NCBI GenBank assembly: GCA_038257155.1
Contig: JBBSJP010000015.1
Span: 31,542 to 95,541 of the forward strand
Origin: Lysobacterales bacterium
Lineage (GTDB): Bacteria > Pseudomonadota > Gammaproteobacteria > Xanthomonadales > Xanthomonadaceae
Direction of reading: 5' to 3'
DNA length: 64,000 bases
Shown: positions 10,312 through 20,243 of the stretch, one piece after another
Layout of the letters: each line of letters starts with the position of its first letter
Position numbering within the stretch: the first letter of the stretch is position 1
Notes under the pieces: generated by a model
Told to the model about the DNA's origin: nothing
The model's database searches: none
What the model saw: the letters and a program-made list of their open reading frames with translations, nothing else
Made by a program: the position numbers and the translations under genes

Positions 10312-11898
10312 TTACTCGAAACCTGCGCGGAACACCCCCGCCGGATCACCCAGCGCTGTGATGGTGCCGGCACTGAACGCGCCCTCGCCCATGGCCTTGA
10401 TGCCGGTTTCCAGGACAGGCGGGACAACGCCGTCCTCCAGTTGAACCAATGCCGGCTTCAGGGCGCCTGTGACACCATCGATGCTGGCTTCTTCCGCAGA
10501 CACGAGCGTTCCCGGCAGCAGTTGGGCAAAGAAGGCTTCGCGTGTCAGCAGTTTCCCGGCAGCGTCCCGAAAAGCCGCCATCGAGGTGTCGATGGTGCGG
10601 CCCAGCACCTCGAGGGTGGGGTTGGCGATGGCGGTCACCGGGCCCTGTAGTCGCAGGTCGGCCACGTCTGGCGTTCCACGCTCGCGCAGCCGGGTCAGGA
10701 ACAGCATGCCGTTGGCATCAATGAAGGCTCGCAGTTCGACCTGCACCTCCGCAAGCGGACCATCGGGCAGTAACCCATCCTCATCGCGAACCTGTGGGGC
10801 CGCGACGAAATGCAAACCCAGAAGTTCGACCGAGGCGTCACCAGTGAAGGCGCCCGCATCGGCCGGTGCGATCAAACGCACCTGGGCCTGCAAAAAGCGT
10901 ATTTCGGTGGCAGTCAGCACGCCGGCATTGGCATCGAATTGACCATGCGCTTCGATCCGCACGCCCTCGTCCAGATCGTCCGGCGTGCCGCCGCGGAAGT
11001 CAGTCTGCGGGGTCGCATTGATGGTCACACCGGCTAGTTCGAAGGACAGCGGATCAGGCATCGGGTCCGCCAGGGCGGAGATGATTCCCTCAATTGAAGC
11101 ATCGCCTTCGGCAGGCTCGAACTCGTCGAACGCAGCGTCTTCACAGCTCGCCGAAACCACACCCTGCAGCGTGGCACCCGCGGCGAAGGCAGGATCAGGC
11201 ACCGCTTCTATCTCCACGAAGTGCCCCGGCTGAAGTGGACCACTGCAGTTGGCGGCTGTCACCCCCGAAATGTCCACCGCCTGCGCACCGATCGTCAGCG
11301 AATTGGCCGTTGCCGTCGTGATCGCGCCGGTTAGCTTCCAGTCCTGACCAGGATCGTCCATTCGGGCGATTCGGGTCGCTACCACCGTTCCGGCGATGAG
11401 GTCGGGAAAACCGCTGACTTCGACCTGATCGCCGATCGCGAGCGCTTCCAGTCCTGGCAAGCCATCGAACACCGTATCCCCGGTCACTAGCAGGGTCTGA
11501 GTTAGCACACTGGGTGGATCGATGCCGGTCATCGGGCCGCGCAGCAGGGTTTCGATGCGGATCATGTCCGCCACTCGAATACCGGCTGCATCCGGTGGCG
11601 AAGATGCCTCGACGTAGGCGCGATGGCCGCGTGCCAGTCGCAGCGCCTCGAGCGGAGCCAGCGTGTCGTTGTCGAGCAGGACAAGGGTGTCATCCGTTAC
11701 TCGGTACACGCCGGAGGCATTGATCCGAACCAGATCCTCGGGGCGTGCGTGAACACTCCCGGCGGCAAGTGCCAACGTCAATGCGAGCGCACCTGAATGC
11801 AGAAGAAGTAACCGATGGGACGGAAGGGTCATGCGAGACTCCAGTGAATACGGACGAGCGGAACGGTGGCTGGCCGTCAGGTTGTTGGGTGCGTTCAA
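10312..11898 (-). CDS. Secreted hypothetical protein (DUF5666-like repeats, tentative)
   Basis: Signal peptide MTLPSHRLLLLHSGALALTLALAAGSVHA (M23). The ATG at 11898 overlaps the upstream gene's stop by 4 nt (ATGA). Repetitive beta-rich sequence. Confidence 0.55.
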   Translation of the reverse strand: MNAPNNLTASHRSARPYSLESRMTLPSHRLLLLHSGALALTLALAAGSVHARPEDLVRINASGVYRVTDDTLVLLDNDTLAPLEALRLARGHRAYVEASSPPDAAGIRVADMIRIETLLRGPMTGIDPPSVLTQTLLVTGDTVFDGLPGLEALAIGDQVEVSGFPDLIAGTVVATRIARMDDPGQDWKLTGAITTATANSLTIGAQAVDISGVTAANCSGPLQPGHFVEIEAVPDPAFAAGATLQGVVSASCEDAAFDEFEPAEGDASIEGIISALADPMPDPLSFELAGVTINATPQTDFRGGTPDDLDEGVRIEAHGQFDANAGVLTATEIRFLQAQVRLIAPADAGAFTGDASVELLGLHFVAAPQVRDEDGLLPDGPLAEVQVELRAFIDANGMLFLTRLRERGTPDVADLRLQGPVTAIANPTLEVLGRTIDTSMAAFRDAAGKLLTREAFFAQLLPGTLVSAEEASIDGVTGALKPALVQLEDGVVPPVLETGIKAMGEGAFSAGTITALGDPAGVFRAGFE

Positions 11899-13451
11899 AG
11901 CGTTCCGCGCAGATAGACATTTGCGCCGCGAACCACTTCGATGAGCTTGCCCCGCGGATCGAAGTCAAGTAGGAGACTCCCGTCTCGTTCGGGGAAGCGG
12001 AAGCGCAACTCGCCTTCTTCGCCCGCGACCTGCACGGTGCCGCGGGTGACGCCGCCGACACGAAGCTCATAGCTGCCGTCATCAAGGTCTTCGACTTCGA
12101 CCTCGAATTCCTGCTCATTGCCGAAGGACTCGTACTGGGCTTTGCCCGAGGCATCGGCATCCATTCCGGTGGCCTGCAAGACGGTGCTGACAGAACTGCC
12201 GGCAGGAGGCGGAGGCGGTGTGCTACCCGAGTCATCACCGTCGCTAATGGAGGGCGTCAGGGGAAACACGCCGCTGATTGAAGTTCCATTCGGACCGAAT
12301 ACTGCAAGCACCTGCCCACGGGGATCGAAGTCGAGCAGCAACTTGCCCGGCTCGACCGGATTACGGAACTCGAGCTCGCCCTCAGTGCCGTCGGGGAAGG
12401 ACTGCACGGTCAACATGCCGCGTGTCACGCCTCCGACCTGGACCTGGTAGTCGCCGACCGGAACGTCCTCCAGCTCAAGCGAAAACTCGACCCGGTCGCT
12501 GCGTTGCTCGAGTTCGGCGTGCAACTCGGGGCCGTCGTTACCGGACGGCTCCACCACCAGTTCGTAGTACCCGCTACCGGTCGGAACGCCGCCACTGGGT
12601 GGTGGAGTGGGCGCGGGTGCATCGCTGCTGGTCACGCTGCCCCGGAACCATTCGCTGGCCCCGGAGGAAACCGAGAGCAGGCGTCCGCGCGGATCGAAAT
12701 CAAGCAGTTGCTTGCCCGGCTCCGCTGGGCTTCGGAACTCGAGCTCGCCGCGCGTTGAGGCCGCCGTGGACGTGACCATGATCGTGCCCTTGAACTCGCC
12801 ATCCACGCGGAAGTCGTAGTTTCCTGCCGGAACATCCTCAAGTTCGATGCTGAACTCGGTGCGATCCGGGCGCTGCTCGAACTTGACCTTGGCTGTGCCT
12901 CCAGCAGGCGCGCCTACCGGATCCAGGAAGCGCACCAGCTCCACTGCGCTGCCATCGCTGGGCCGATCATCCGAAAGGCCACCCGTGCAGTGCCCGTTGA
13001 AAAGCTGGGTCAGCCGCGTCAGTGGCATGATTCCGCTTGCGGAGCCCGCCGCGAACGGCGTGAAGTTGAGCTGTCCGTTGGTGCAGCTGGAGAAACTGAG
13101 CTGCAGTACCCCCCACGGCTCCACCACCACATTGGACGGCTGGAAATTGCCATCGAAGCTGCCGCCGCGGGTGCGGTAAGCCGTCACCGTAACGCTGTCG
13201 CCCACAACCGGGCCCGAGCCGTGCAGCCACAGCTGGGTGCCGTCCGGTTCGTAGGTGAACCAGTACATCACGGCTGTCTTGCCTGCAGCCGAGTCCACGA
13301 CTTCAAGTCCAAGCCCATGCCCGGAACGGCTTGGTTCATACCAGGCTGCGGTGAACTCGCGGGTAATGGCGACCGCATCGGCAGTAGGAAGCAGCGATGC
13401 CTGGCCAAGCACAACGGCGAGGGCGATGGCGAGGGGACGGATGGAACGCAT
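11895..13451 (-). CDS. Secreted protein with three internal ~105-aa tandem repeats
   Basis: Signal peptide MRSIRPLAIALAVVLGQASLLPTADA. Three repeats share the pattern [E/Q]..R.DR.EFS[I/L]ELEDVP.G.Y...V.G...G...V.......GELEFR.P.EPGK.LLDFDPRG, separated by Pro/Ser/Gly linkers. Confidence 0.7.
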   Translation of the reverse strand: MRSIRPLAIALAVVLGQASLLPTADAVAITREFTAAWYEPSRSGHGLGLEVVDSAAGKTAVMYWFTYEPDGTQLWLHGSGPVVGDSVTVTAYRTRGGSFDGNFQPSNVVVEPWGVLQLSFSSCTNGQLNFTPFAAGSASGIMPLTRLTQLFNGHCTGGLSDDRPSDGSAVELVRFLDPVGAPAGGTAKVKFEQRPDRTEFSIELEDVPAGNYDFRVDGEFKGTIMVTSTAASTRGELEFRSPAEPGKQLLDFDPRGRLLSVSSGASEWFRGSVTSSDAPAPTPPPSGGVPTGSGYYELVVEPSGNDGPELHAELEQRSDRVEFSLELEDVPVGDYQVQVGGVTRGMLTVQSFPDGTEGELEFRNPVEPGKLLLDFDPRGQVLAVFGPNGTSISGVFPLTPSISDGDDSGSTPPPPPAGSSVSTVLQATGMDADASGKAQYESFGNEQEFEVEVEDLDDGSYELRVGGVTRGTVQVAGEEGELRFRFPERDGSLLLDFDPRGKLIEVVRGANVYLRGTL

Positions 13452-13756
13452 GGGAAAGCTCCGGAAATCTGCGCGTCGAACGTCGACGCAACCGTGAAGT
13501 CAGTGTCATCAAATGGGGAGTAGGCAGGAATGGGTAAAAACCCCTGCCCCATCAGGGCGGCTTTGCCCAGCGCTAAAATGGAACAGATGGTCGATCCGAA
13601 GGCCGAAACGGGCGGCCGCGCGGTGTCGCCTGGGGGGAAAACCTCAGCTGGGCGGGTATTTCCGCCTAGCGCGCCACGGAATGTGGGCGAACCACTCGAC
13701 GCGCGCGCGACAGGGCTCTAAGGTTGAGAAGTATTTCTTCCTGGTTGGCACTTGTC

Positions 13757-14608
13757 ATGCGCGCGTCCCGAACCTGCCTGCTTGGCGCATTCCTCGCCGG
13801 ATCGATGATCGGCCCAGCGGCCTTTGCTGCGAGCACGATCAACGTGACCATCGTGGGTGACGTTGCGACGGCGGCTATCGAGGTGGACGACGGTGTAGAC
13901 AGCTATTCGGCCACACTCCGCCTGAGCTTCCAGCAGCCGCAGAACCTGACTGCCGCCTGCCTTGGCATAGACGCGGAACTGCTTGATGCGGGCGCGATTG
14001 CGGCCCTGGATGCGCGCTTGCCCGATCCGGCAGGTCAGCAGATCGATCCTGACTTTCCTGTTCGCATCGTTGTCGAACCGCCCCCAGGTTGTGGCTTGAG
14101 CTTCGTCAACGAGGTTTCCTTCGAACTGCACACCACAGAACTGAACTACACACCCTTCTCCCCATACCGACTGGTGAAGGCACCGATTGGAGGCGCCTTC
14201 GCTGACATTACGGCCGCGGTAGAGTCCGGCAGCATCCGTGCGCGGGGCAGCGGAGGCGCGTTCTCAGAGTTCGCCATGGTGCAGGATCTATCACAGGATC
14301 ACGCGCTGGATGCCGAGGGCCTGTTTGATGAGCTTTCCAACGAACTCGACGACCCGGACATAGCCCTAACCGCGCGCAGCACGCTGGAAGCTGATCTTGC
14401 GGTGGCCCGCGGCGCTTTTGATTCCAATCAGATCGCCGATGCGAGAACCGCCCTGGCCGGCTTCGAATCCGACTTGCGCGCGCTGGCAGGCGTGGGGGTG
14501 GACAACGATTACGATGCCGGCACCGCGCTTCCCAGTGAAGTGGGTGAGTTGCTCGGAATCAGTGGCGCCCTGGGCTTCCGGCTGGGGCGGCTGGACGGCG
14601 TTCCATGA
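13757..14608 (+). CDS. Secreted hypothetical protein, first gene of the FHA/kinase operon
   Basis: ATG 13757 with signal peptide MRASRTCLLGAFLAGSMIGPAAFAAS. Stop overlaps the next start (ATGA at 14605-14608). Confidence 0.6.
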   Translation: MRASRTCLLGAFLAGSMIGPAAFAASTINVTIVGDVATAAIEVDDGVDSYSATLRLSFQQPQNLTAACLGIDAELLDAGAIAALDARLPDPAGQQIDPDFPVRIVVEPPPGCGLSFVNEVSFELHTTELNYTPFSPYRLVKAPIGGAFADITAAVESGSIRARGSGGAFSEFAMVQDLSQDHALDAEGLFDELSNELDDPDIALTARSTLEADLAVARGAFDSNQIADARTALAGFESDLRALAGVGVDNDYDAGTALPSEVGELLGISGALGFRLGRLDGVP

Positions 14609-15492
14609 AGCAACCGGCCGCTCGGCTGGTCATCCATCTGCGCGGAGAGGCCAGCCAGAGTCACCTGCTTGACGATGATTGCCGGCATCACTTGGGACGC
14701 GACGCCGGGGTCGACATCAGCATCCCGCACCCATCCGTGTCACGTCGGCACGCCGCCCTTGAGCGACGCGATGGCCTCTGGTACCTGCTGGACCTGGGAT
14801 CCAAGAACGGCACCTTAATCGACGGCCGCCCGGTCCAAGAGACGCCCCTGGATGCGCCGACCTGGTTTTCAGTGGGCGACGTGTTCTGTGAATTCCAGCC
14901 ACTCAGCGCAACCGCACTGACCCGTATTCGCGAAACCGCCGCCACCCGACGGCATTCGTCGGCAGCCTGGCACGCTCGCGTCAATGTGCGACGCGGCATC
15001 GAGACCCTGCTTGCGGATGTCCTTGAGGGCGCCATCGACATCGCACAATGCCGTAGAGGCGTACTTCTGACTGGCATCAAGTCGGGCTCGCTCGACGTGG
15101 CTGCGGCTTTTTCACCGCCCGGAGAGGATCCTGCAGCCGCGCCGGAATGGAGCCGGACTGCCGTGGAGCGGGTCCTGCGTGAACGACGCCCTGTCTACCT
15201 GTCGAGTCAATCCGATCGCGCCTGGCTCAAGAACGCAGCTTCGGTCGTGGGGCAGGGGCTACGCTCACTGGCCTGCCTTCCGCTACTTTGCAGCGGGCGC
15301 CTGCTGGGCGTGCTCTATGTCGACACCGATGAATCGGCCAAAGTGTTCGATCAGCTGGATGTCGAACTGCTCGATGCGTTCGCCGAACGGGCCGCGTCCG
15401 CATTGGCACTGGCCGATATTGAACACACACTGCGCGCTATCGAGGCCGATGCCCTGATCGTCGCGCCGACGCCCAAGGGAATGCAGACGTGA
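14605..15492 (+). CDS. FHA domain - GAF domain protein
   Basis: N-terminal FHA signature (GRDAGVDISIPHPSVSRRHAALERRDGLWYLLDLGSKNGTLIDGRPV). C-terminal GAF-like fold (LACLPLLCSGRLLGVLYVDTDE). 4-nt overlaps on both sides. Confidence 0.75.
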   Translation: MKQPAARLVIHLRGEASQSHLLDDDCRHHLGRDAGVDISIPHPSVSRRHAALERRDGLWYLLDLGSKNGTLIDGRPVQETPLDAPTWFSVGDVFCEFQPLSATALTRIRETAATRRHSSAAWHARVNVRRGIETLLADVLEGAIDIAQCRRGVLLTGIKSGSLDVAAAFSPPGEDPAAAPEWSRTAVERVLRERRPVYLSSQSDRAWLKNAASVVGQGLRSLACLPLLCSGRLLGVLYVDTDESAKVFDQLDVELLDAFAERAASALALADIEHTLRAIEADALIVAPTPKGMQT

Positions 15493-18400
15493 CCGCGCCG
15501 GGTGCCCGTACGGTGATCCTGCCGGCAGGCGCCACGGTTACGGGGCTGTTGGCCGTGTCCCAGCTGCTGCCTGGGGACCGCGTGGCGCAGCGTTACGTGA
15601 TTCGCCGCATGCTTGGCATGGGCGGCATGGGTGTGGTCTACCTGGCGCAGGACGAACAGCTGAACATCGAGGTGGCCCTTAAGCTGCTGCGTCCGGAACT
15701 GGCCTCACGCCCCGACGCGTTCGAGCGTTTTCGCAACGAGGTGCTGCTGGCGCGGCAGGTATCGAGCCCGCACGTGGTCCGCATCCATGACCTCGTCCAG
15801 CACGAGGGCGCCTGGTTGCTGAGCATGGACTATGTTCCAGGCAGGCCGCTCGACCGCATCATCGATACCGAGGCGCCGCTCGCGCCGGACCGCGCACTGA
15901 ACCTGGTGCGACAGATCGCGCTGGGCCTGGCCGCCGCGCACCACCGCGGCGTGATTCATCGCGATCTCAAGCCCGCGAATGTCATGGTTTCCGACGATGA
16001 CGACGTGCAGATCACGGACTTCGGTGTGGCGCGCTCACTTGGTGCAACCGGACTCACCATGAGCGGCATGGTGGTCGGAACGCCCGAGTACCTGTCACCC
16101 GAGCAGGCCCGGGCCGACCCGGTTGATGGACGCAGTGATCTTTATGCCTTGGGACTTATCCTGCACGAGCTGTTGAGTGGACGATTGCCTTACGCGGGCG
16201 GCACACCGGCTGAAATGCTGGCTCAGCGCATCGTGCGCAGCCCGCCATCGGTCGCGCGAAGCCGTAGCGATCTGCCGCCGTTCGCGGTCACGCTCTGTGA
16301 CCGGTTGCTCGACGTGCGGCCTTCACGGCGCCTGCCCAGCGCCGAGGCTGTCGCGCGCGCGATCGAATCGCGCCACCTGCCATCGGCAGCTCTCCCGCCG
16401 CCAAGGCAATTGGCTCTGGTTGCCGGGTTGGCGATCGCGGCAACTGCGACGATCTGGTTTTCATCAGGACCCGTCTCGCGGATCGCCGTCCCGGCCGGGC
16501 CAGTTGCCGTCGCACCGGCGGCTTTGGCGGTACTGCCAGGCGATGCACCAGTCAGCGATGAGGATGCCGACCTGCAGCTAGGCTTGGTGCGTGCCCTCGC
16601 CGCGCGACTTTCACAAGGCGGCCTGGACACACTCGATTCCGCCCGCATTGAACGTAGCCTGCGTGAACTGGACATCGACCGCCACCAGATCGAGCGTCAA
16701 TGGCCGCGACTGATTCCGGCGCTCAATCTGCGCCAGTTTCTGAGCCTGGATATTGATCGCACTCCGGTCGGCCTGCAGGTCCAGTTGGCGATACGGGACG
16801 GAACCTCTCTGGAAACCCTGTGGCGCGATAGCGTGACGCTGGACGCGGCGCGCGATTCGGACGCAGATCTGGCACCGATAGGTCCGCTGCTGCGGCGCCT
16901 CGAGCAGTTCCTTCAAGCTGCACGACCTTTGAGGGATCTGCCCGATACCGCATCGATCCAACGGCTGGGAAGAATCTCGCCCTGGGATGGCGCAGCTTCG
17001 CTGCCGGCAGCGTCGCTGGGAGCGACCGCGTCCATCGACGAAGGGTGGTTTACGTTGAGTGTGCTGGAACGGGACGGACGCAATGCCGAGGCGCAGTCGC
17101 ATGGGCGCGAATGGATTCGCAGGCTGCAAGGGCAAGAGTCCGAACCTGCACTGCGCCTGCGTGCGCTGGCCGAGTACCTGACCGGTGCGCCGGAGGCCTC
17201 GCTCGAATTGATAGATGCATTGCCCGCCCGGGACACCGCCGTTAGCGAGCTGCGCGCACGGGCACTCATTGCACTGGGCCGATATGAGGACGCGGGGGAG
17301 GTGCTGCAGGCCCTGGTTAATCGCGACCCGCGCAATGTGGACGCCTGGTTCCAGCTGGGCAAGGCGCAATTGCAAATGGGACACGCGCAGACTGCGGTGG
17401 ACGATGCCTTGACTCGCGCGCTGGTGGTTGCCAACCGTCAGCGCGACCGACGCATGCAGGCCGACATCACCAATGCACTTGGTATCGGCTACAGACAATT
17501 GGGTCAGCTGGAGGCCTCCATTGAGCAGTTCGAACGAGCCGCCAGCCTGCGTGGGTCGCTGGATGATCCACGTGGACAAGGAGTCAGCCTGCGAAACCTC
17601 GCAGCGGCGCGCTCAATCGTCGGCGACTTCGACGGCGCAGACCAGGCCCTGTCGCAGGCGCGCAAGTTGCTGGAACCGATCGGCGATCCAGCAGTCTTGG
17701 CCGATCTGATAAATGACGTGGGCATGGTGGCAGAGGAACGCGGTGATTTCCGAGCGGCGCTGGACGCCTATCGCGAGGCTCTGGGATTCCGGCAGATGAC
17801 GGGGGACTCGGTATGGGTTGCCGCGAGTCTGCTCAACGTGGGCTTCGCGTACTACTTCGTGGGCGAGTTCGACAACGCACAGGTATTCCTTCAACAGGCC
17901 GAGCAAACCTACGCCACCATCGACGACCAAGCCGGTGCCATACGTGCCCATCAGGGGCTGGGTCTTGCCGAACTCGCGCGCGGCAATTTCGCGCGTTCCC
18001 GCGCGCTGGTGGAACAATCCCTGCTCGATGCGGAAACACTACAGATGCGCGAGGAGCAGAGCACTGCACTTGCCGCGCTGGCCGAACTTGACCGCCTCGA
18101 GGGTGACTACGGGTCGGCCTTGCGCCGCGCCCAGGCCGCCGCCAGTCTTTTCGAGTCGCGCGGAGACGCCCGCGGCCTTACTGAAATGCACTTGTTGCAG
18201 GCCGAGGTAGGTCTTGACATTGGCGACTGGGATGCGGCCGATGCCGCTCTGCAAACGGCACTGCAGGAGGGCATCCCGAATGCGGAGCAGCGTGCCATTG
18301 CGCTTACCCTGTCCGGCAGACTGTCACTGGTGCGCGGGGACCCGAAACAGGCGGCGGCGCTAGCGGCCGAAGCCTTGGACATAGCGGGCGGTGCTGGTGC

Positions 18401-18812
18401 TGCAGCGGCCAAGGTCAAGGCACGCCTTGTCTCGGCACGTGCGCAACTGGCTTTGGGCCAATCTTCCTCGGTCGGCGAAACGCTGCGTGATACGACCGCT
18501 GAACTTGAGCGCTTCGCCAGCCTGCCCTTGCGTCTTGCGGTGCTCGAGACGCGCCTCGCGACCACTCAGGGGGACGTCAATGCTTACCGGGACGCACGGA
18601 CCCTGTTGGCCATGCTGCCCGCTTTTGGTGCGGAATGGCGCCTAGCGGCCACCGCCGCCCGGAGTGGGCTGCCTGAAGCCGAGCGGCGCGAAGCGGGCCA
18701 GCGTGCGCGCCTAGCGTTGCAGCGCGTTGCGGCGGGCCTGGAACCACCACGCCGGGAGCGGTTTTTGGCGTGGGCCGAACCACAGATTCCTGTCGGAGAA
18801 GCGACCCCATGA
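15489..18812 (+). CDS. Hanks-type Ser/Thr protein kinase with TM segment and C-terminal TPR array
   Basis: GTG start overlapping the upstream stop. Kinase motifs LGMGGMGVVY, VALKLL, IHRDLKPANVM, TDFGVAR, GTPEYLSPEQ. Hydrophobic segment LALVAGLAIAATATIWF, then ~650 aa of TPR-like repeats. Confidence 0.85.
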   Translation: MTAPGARTVILPAGATVTGLLAVSQLLPGDRVAQRYVIRRMLGMGGMGVVYLAQDEQLNIEVALKLLRPELASRPDAFERFRNEVLLARQVSSPHVVRIHDLVQHEGAWLLSMDYVPGRPLDRIIDTEAPLAPDRALNLVRQIALGLAAAHHRGVIHRDLKPANVMVSDDDDVQITDFGVARSLGATGLTMSGMVVGTPEYLSPEQARADPVDGRSDLYALGLILHELLSGRLPYAGGTPAEMLAQRIVRSPPSVARSRSDLPPFAVTLCDRLLDVRPSRRLPSAEAVARAIESRHLPSAALPPPRQLALVAGLAIAATATIWFSSGPVSRIAVPAGPVAVAPAALAVLPGDAPVSDEDADLQLGLVRALAARLSQGGLDTLDSARIERSLRELDIDRHQIERQWPRLIPALNLRQFLSLDIDRTPVGLQVQLAIRDGTSLETLWRDSVTLDAARDSDADLAPIGPLLRRLEQFLQAARPLRDLPDTASIQRLGRISPWDGAASLPAASLGATASIDEGWFTLSVLERDGRNAEAQSHGREWIRRLQGQESEPALRLRALAEYLTGAPEASLELIDALPARDTAVSELRARALIALGRYEDAGEVLQALVNRDPRNVDAWFQLGKAQLQMGHAQTAVDDALTRALVVANRQRDRRMQADITNALGIGYRQLGQLEASIEQFERAASLRGSLDDPRGQGVSLRNLAAARSIVGDFDGADQALSQARKLLEPIGDPAVLADLINDVGMVAEERGDFRAALDAYREALGFRQMTGDSVWVAASLLNVGFAYYFVGEFDNAQVFLQQAEQTYATIDDQAGAIRAHQGLGLAELARGNFARSRALVEQSLLDAETLQMREEQSTALAALAELDRLEGDYGSALRRAQAAASLFESRGDARGLTEMHLLQAEVGLDIGDWDAADAALQTALQEGIPNAEQRAIALTLSGRLSLVRGDPKQAAALAAEALDIAGGAGAAAAKVKARLVSARAQLALGQSSSVGETLRDTTAELERFASLPLRLAVLETRLATTQGDVNAYRDARTLLAMLPAFGAEWRLAATAARSGLPEAERREAGQRARLALQRVAAGLEPPRRERFLAWAEPQIPVGEATP

Positions 18813-19588
18813 ATTCGTCGTCGCCTGCAGAACACACGCCAGCGAATGCCCTTCAGCGTCAGCTCGAGCAGTTGCGCGCGGACCAGGAGCGCTTGTTCCG
18901 GGAGCTGCAGAGCGGCGAATCGCGCCTGCGGCGAATCGCGCGCTCTGTGTCACGAATCGAAGAGGACGAGCGACGCCGCATTGCGCGTGATCTGCATGAT
19001 GGCGTCGGGCAAAACCTGTCGGCCCTGCGGCATCGTATCGAGGCGATACGTCCGCGACTCGATGCCGCTGATGGCATAAAGCTGCTGGACGAGGCACTCG
19101 AGATTTGCGGCCAGACCCTGGCCGACACGCGCCATCTGGCCCGGCTGCTGCGCCCACAGATCCTCGATGACCTCGGGCTTGAAGCGGCCTTGCGCTGGCT
19201 TGCCGCGAGCTGTGCCTCGGCGATCGGCTGCGAAATCGAAGTCGAAGCGAGCCTGGACGAAGCCGAACTTGACCCCGAGCTCAGTGCGTTGGCCTTCCGG
19301 ATCGTGCAGGAGTCGCTGACCAATGTGGTCCGGCACTCGCAGGCTAGCCACGTGACGATCCGCGTCGCCAGCCGCGGCGGGCAGCTCGCCGTCGTGGTGG
19401 TGGACGATGGTATTGGGTTCGACGTAAAAGCGTCCCAGGCCGCCGGCAGCCAGGCCCGCAGCGCTGGTCTCGCCGGCATGCAGGAGCGCGTGGGCCTGTT
19501 CGGCGGGCGCCTCAACCTGATCTCCGGTTCCGGCGCTGGAACCCAGGTGCGGGCGCATATTCCACTGTCCCTGCGAGCCGACACGTGA
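18809..19588 (+). CDS. Cytoplasmic sensor histidine kinase (HisKA_3 + HATPase_c, no TM or sensor domain)
   Basis: ATG 18809 overlaps the kinase stop (ATGA). H-box RRRIARDLHDGVGQNLSAL, G-boxes VVVVDDGIGF and GLAGMQERV. Confidence 0.8.
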   Translation: MNSSSPAEHTPANALQRQLEQLRADQERLFRELQSGESRLRRIARSVSRIEEDERRRIARDLHDGVGQNLSALRHRIEAIRPRLDAADGIKLLDEALEICGQTLADTRHLARLLRPQILDDLGLEAALRWLAASCASAIGCEIEVEASLDEAELDPELSALAFRIVQESLTNVVRHSQASHVTIRVASRGGQLAVVVVDDGIGFDVKASQAAGSQARSAGLAGMQERVGLFGGRLNLISGSGAGTQVRAHIPLSLRADT

Positions 19589-20229
19589 AGCGCATTCGCG
19601 TCATCGTCGCTGACGATCACACCATCCTGCGTGAAGGTGTCGTGGCCCTGCTTGAACGCAGCGGCGACATTGATGTCATCGCGCAAGCCAGCGACGGACT
19701 TGAGGCCGTCGAAGCCTCGCTCCGTCTGACACCCGATGTGATCGTCGTGGACATCGCCATGCCCGGGCTGTCTGGCCTAGAGGTGGTGCGACGATTGTCT
19801 GGTGATGGCTCCCGCATCCGTGCCCTGGTCCTCACCATGCATGCCGAGTCCGAATATGTGGTGCATGCGGTGCGTGCTGGTGCCTCAGGTTTCCTGCTCA
19901 AGGACAGTCCCGCGAGCGAGATGGTTGCCGCGGTGCGCACGCTTGCGGCGGGACGCGCCCATTTCGGCGGGCATGCCGCAGCGGTGCTGGCCCAGCAGAT
20001 GCTAGTTCCCAAGGCAGCGCTCGATGATCCCTACCGTGATATGACTGCCCGCGAGCGCGAAGTATTCCACCTCGTGGTCGAAGGTCTTACCAGCAAGGAA
20101 ATCGCCCACAAGCTCGACACCAGGCTCAAGACCGCCGAGAACCACCGCGCGCGGGTGCTGGACAAGGCGGGTGTGCGCAATAGCGCGGAACTGGTGCGCT
20201 ACGCAGTGCGGCACGGACTGTTCGACTAA
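19585..20229 (+). CDS. NarL/LuxR-family response regulator
   Basis: GTG start overlapping the HK stop. Receiver motifs (VADDH, DVIVVDIAMPGLSG) and C-terminal LuxR HTH (REREVFHLVVEGLTSKEIAHKLDTRLKTAENHRARVLDKAGV). Confidence 0.85.
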   Translation: MKRIRVIVADDHTILREGVVALLERSGDIDVIAQASDGLEAVEASLRLTPDVIVVDIAMPGLSGLEVVRRLSGDGSRIRALVLTMHAESEYVVHAVRAGASGFLLKDSPASEMVAAVRTLAAGRAHFGGHAAAVLAQQMLVPKAALDDPYRDMTAREREVFHLVVEGLTSKEIAHKLDTRLKTAENHRARVLDKAGVRNSAELVRYAVRHGLFD

Positions 20230-20243
20230 GGAACGAGATCGTT

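Noticed and set aside
16611-17579. 322-aa minus-strand ORF inside the first kinase gene
   Set aside because: Antisense to a gene with clear Hanks-kinase/TPR motifs. Translation is low-complexity.
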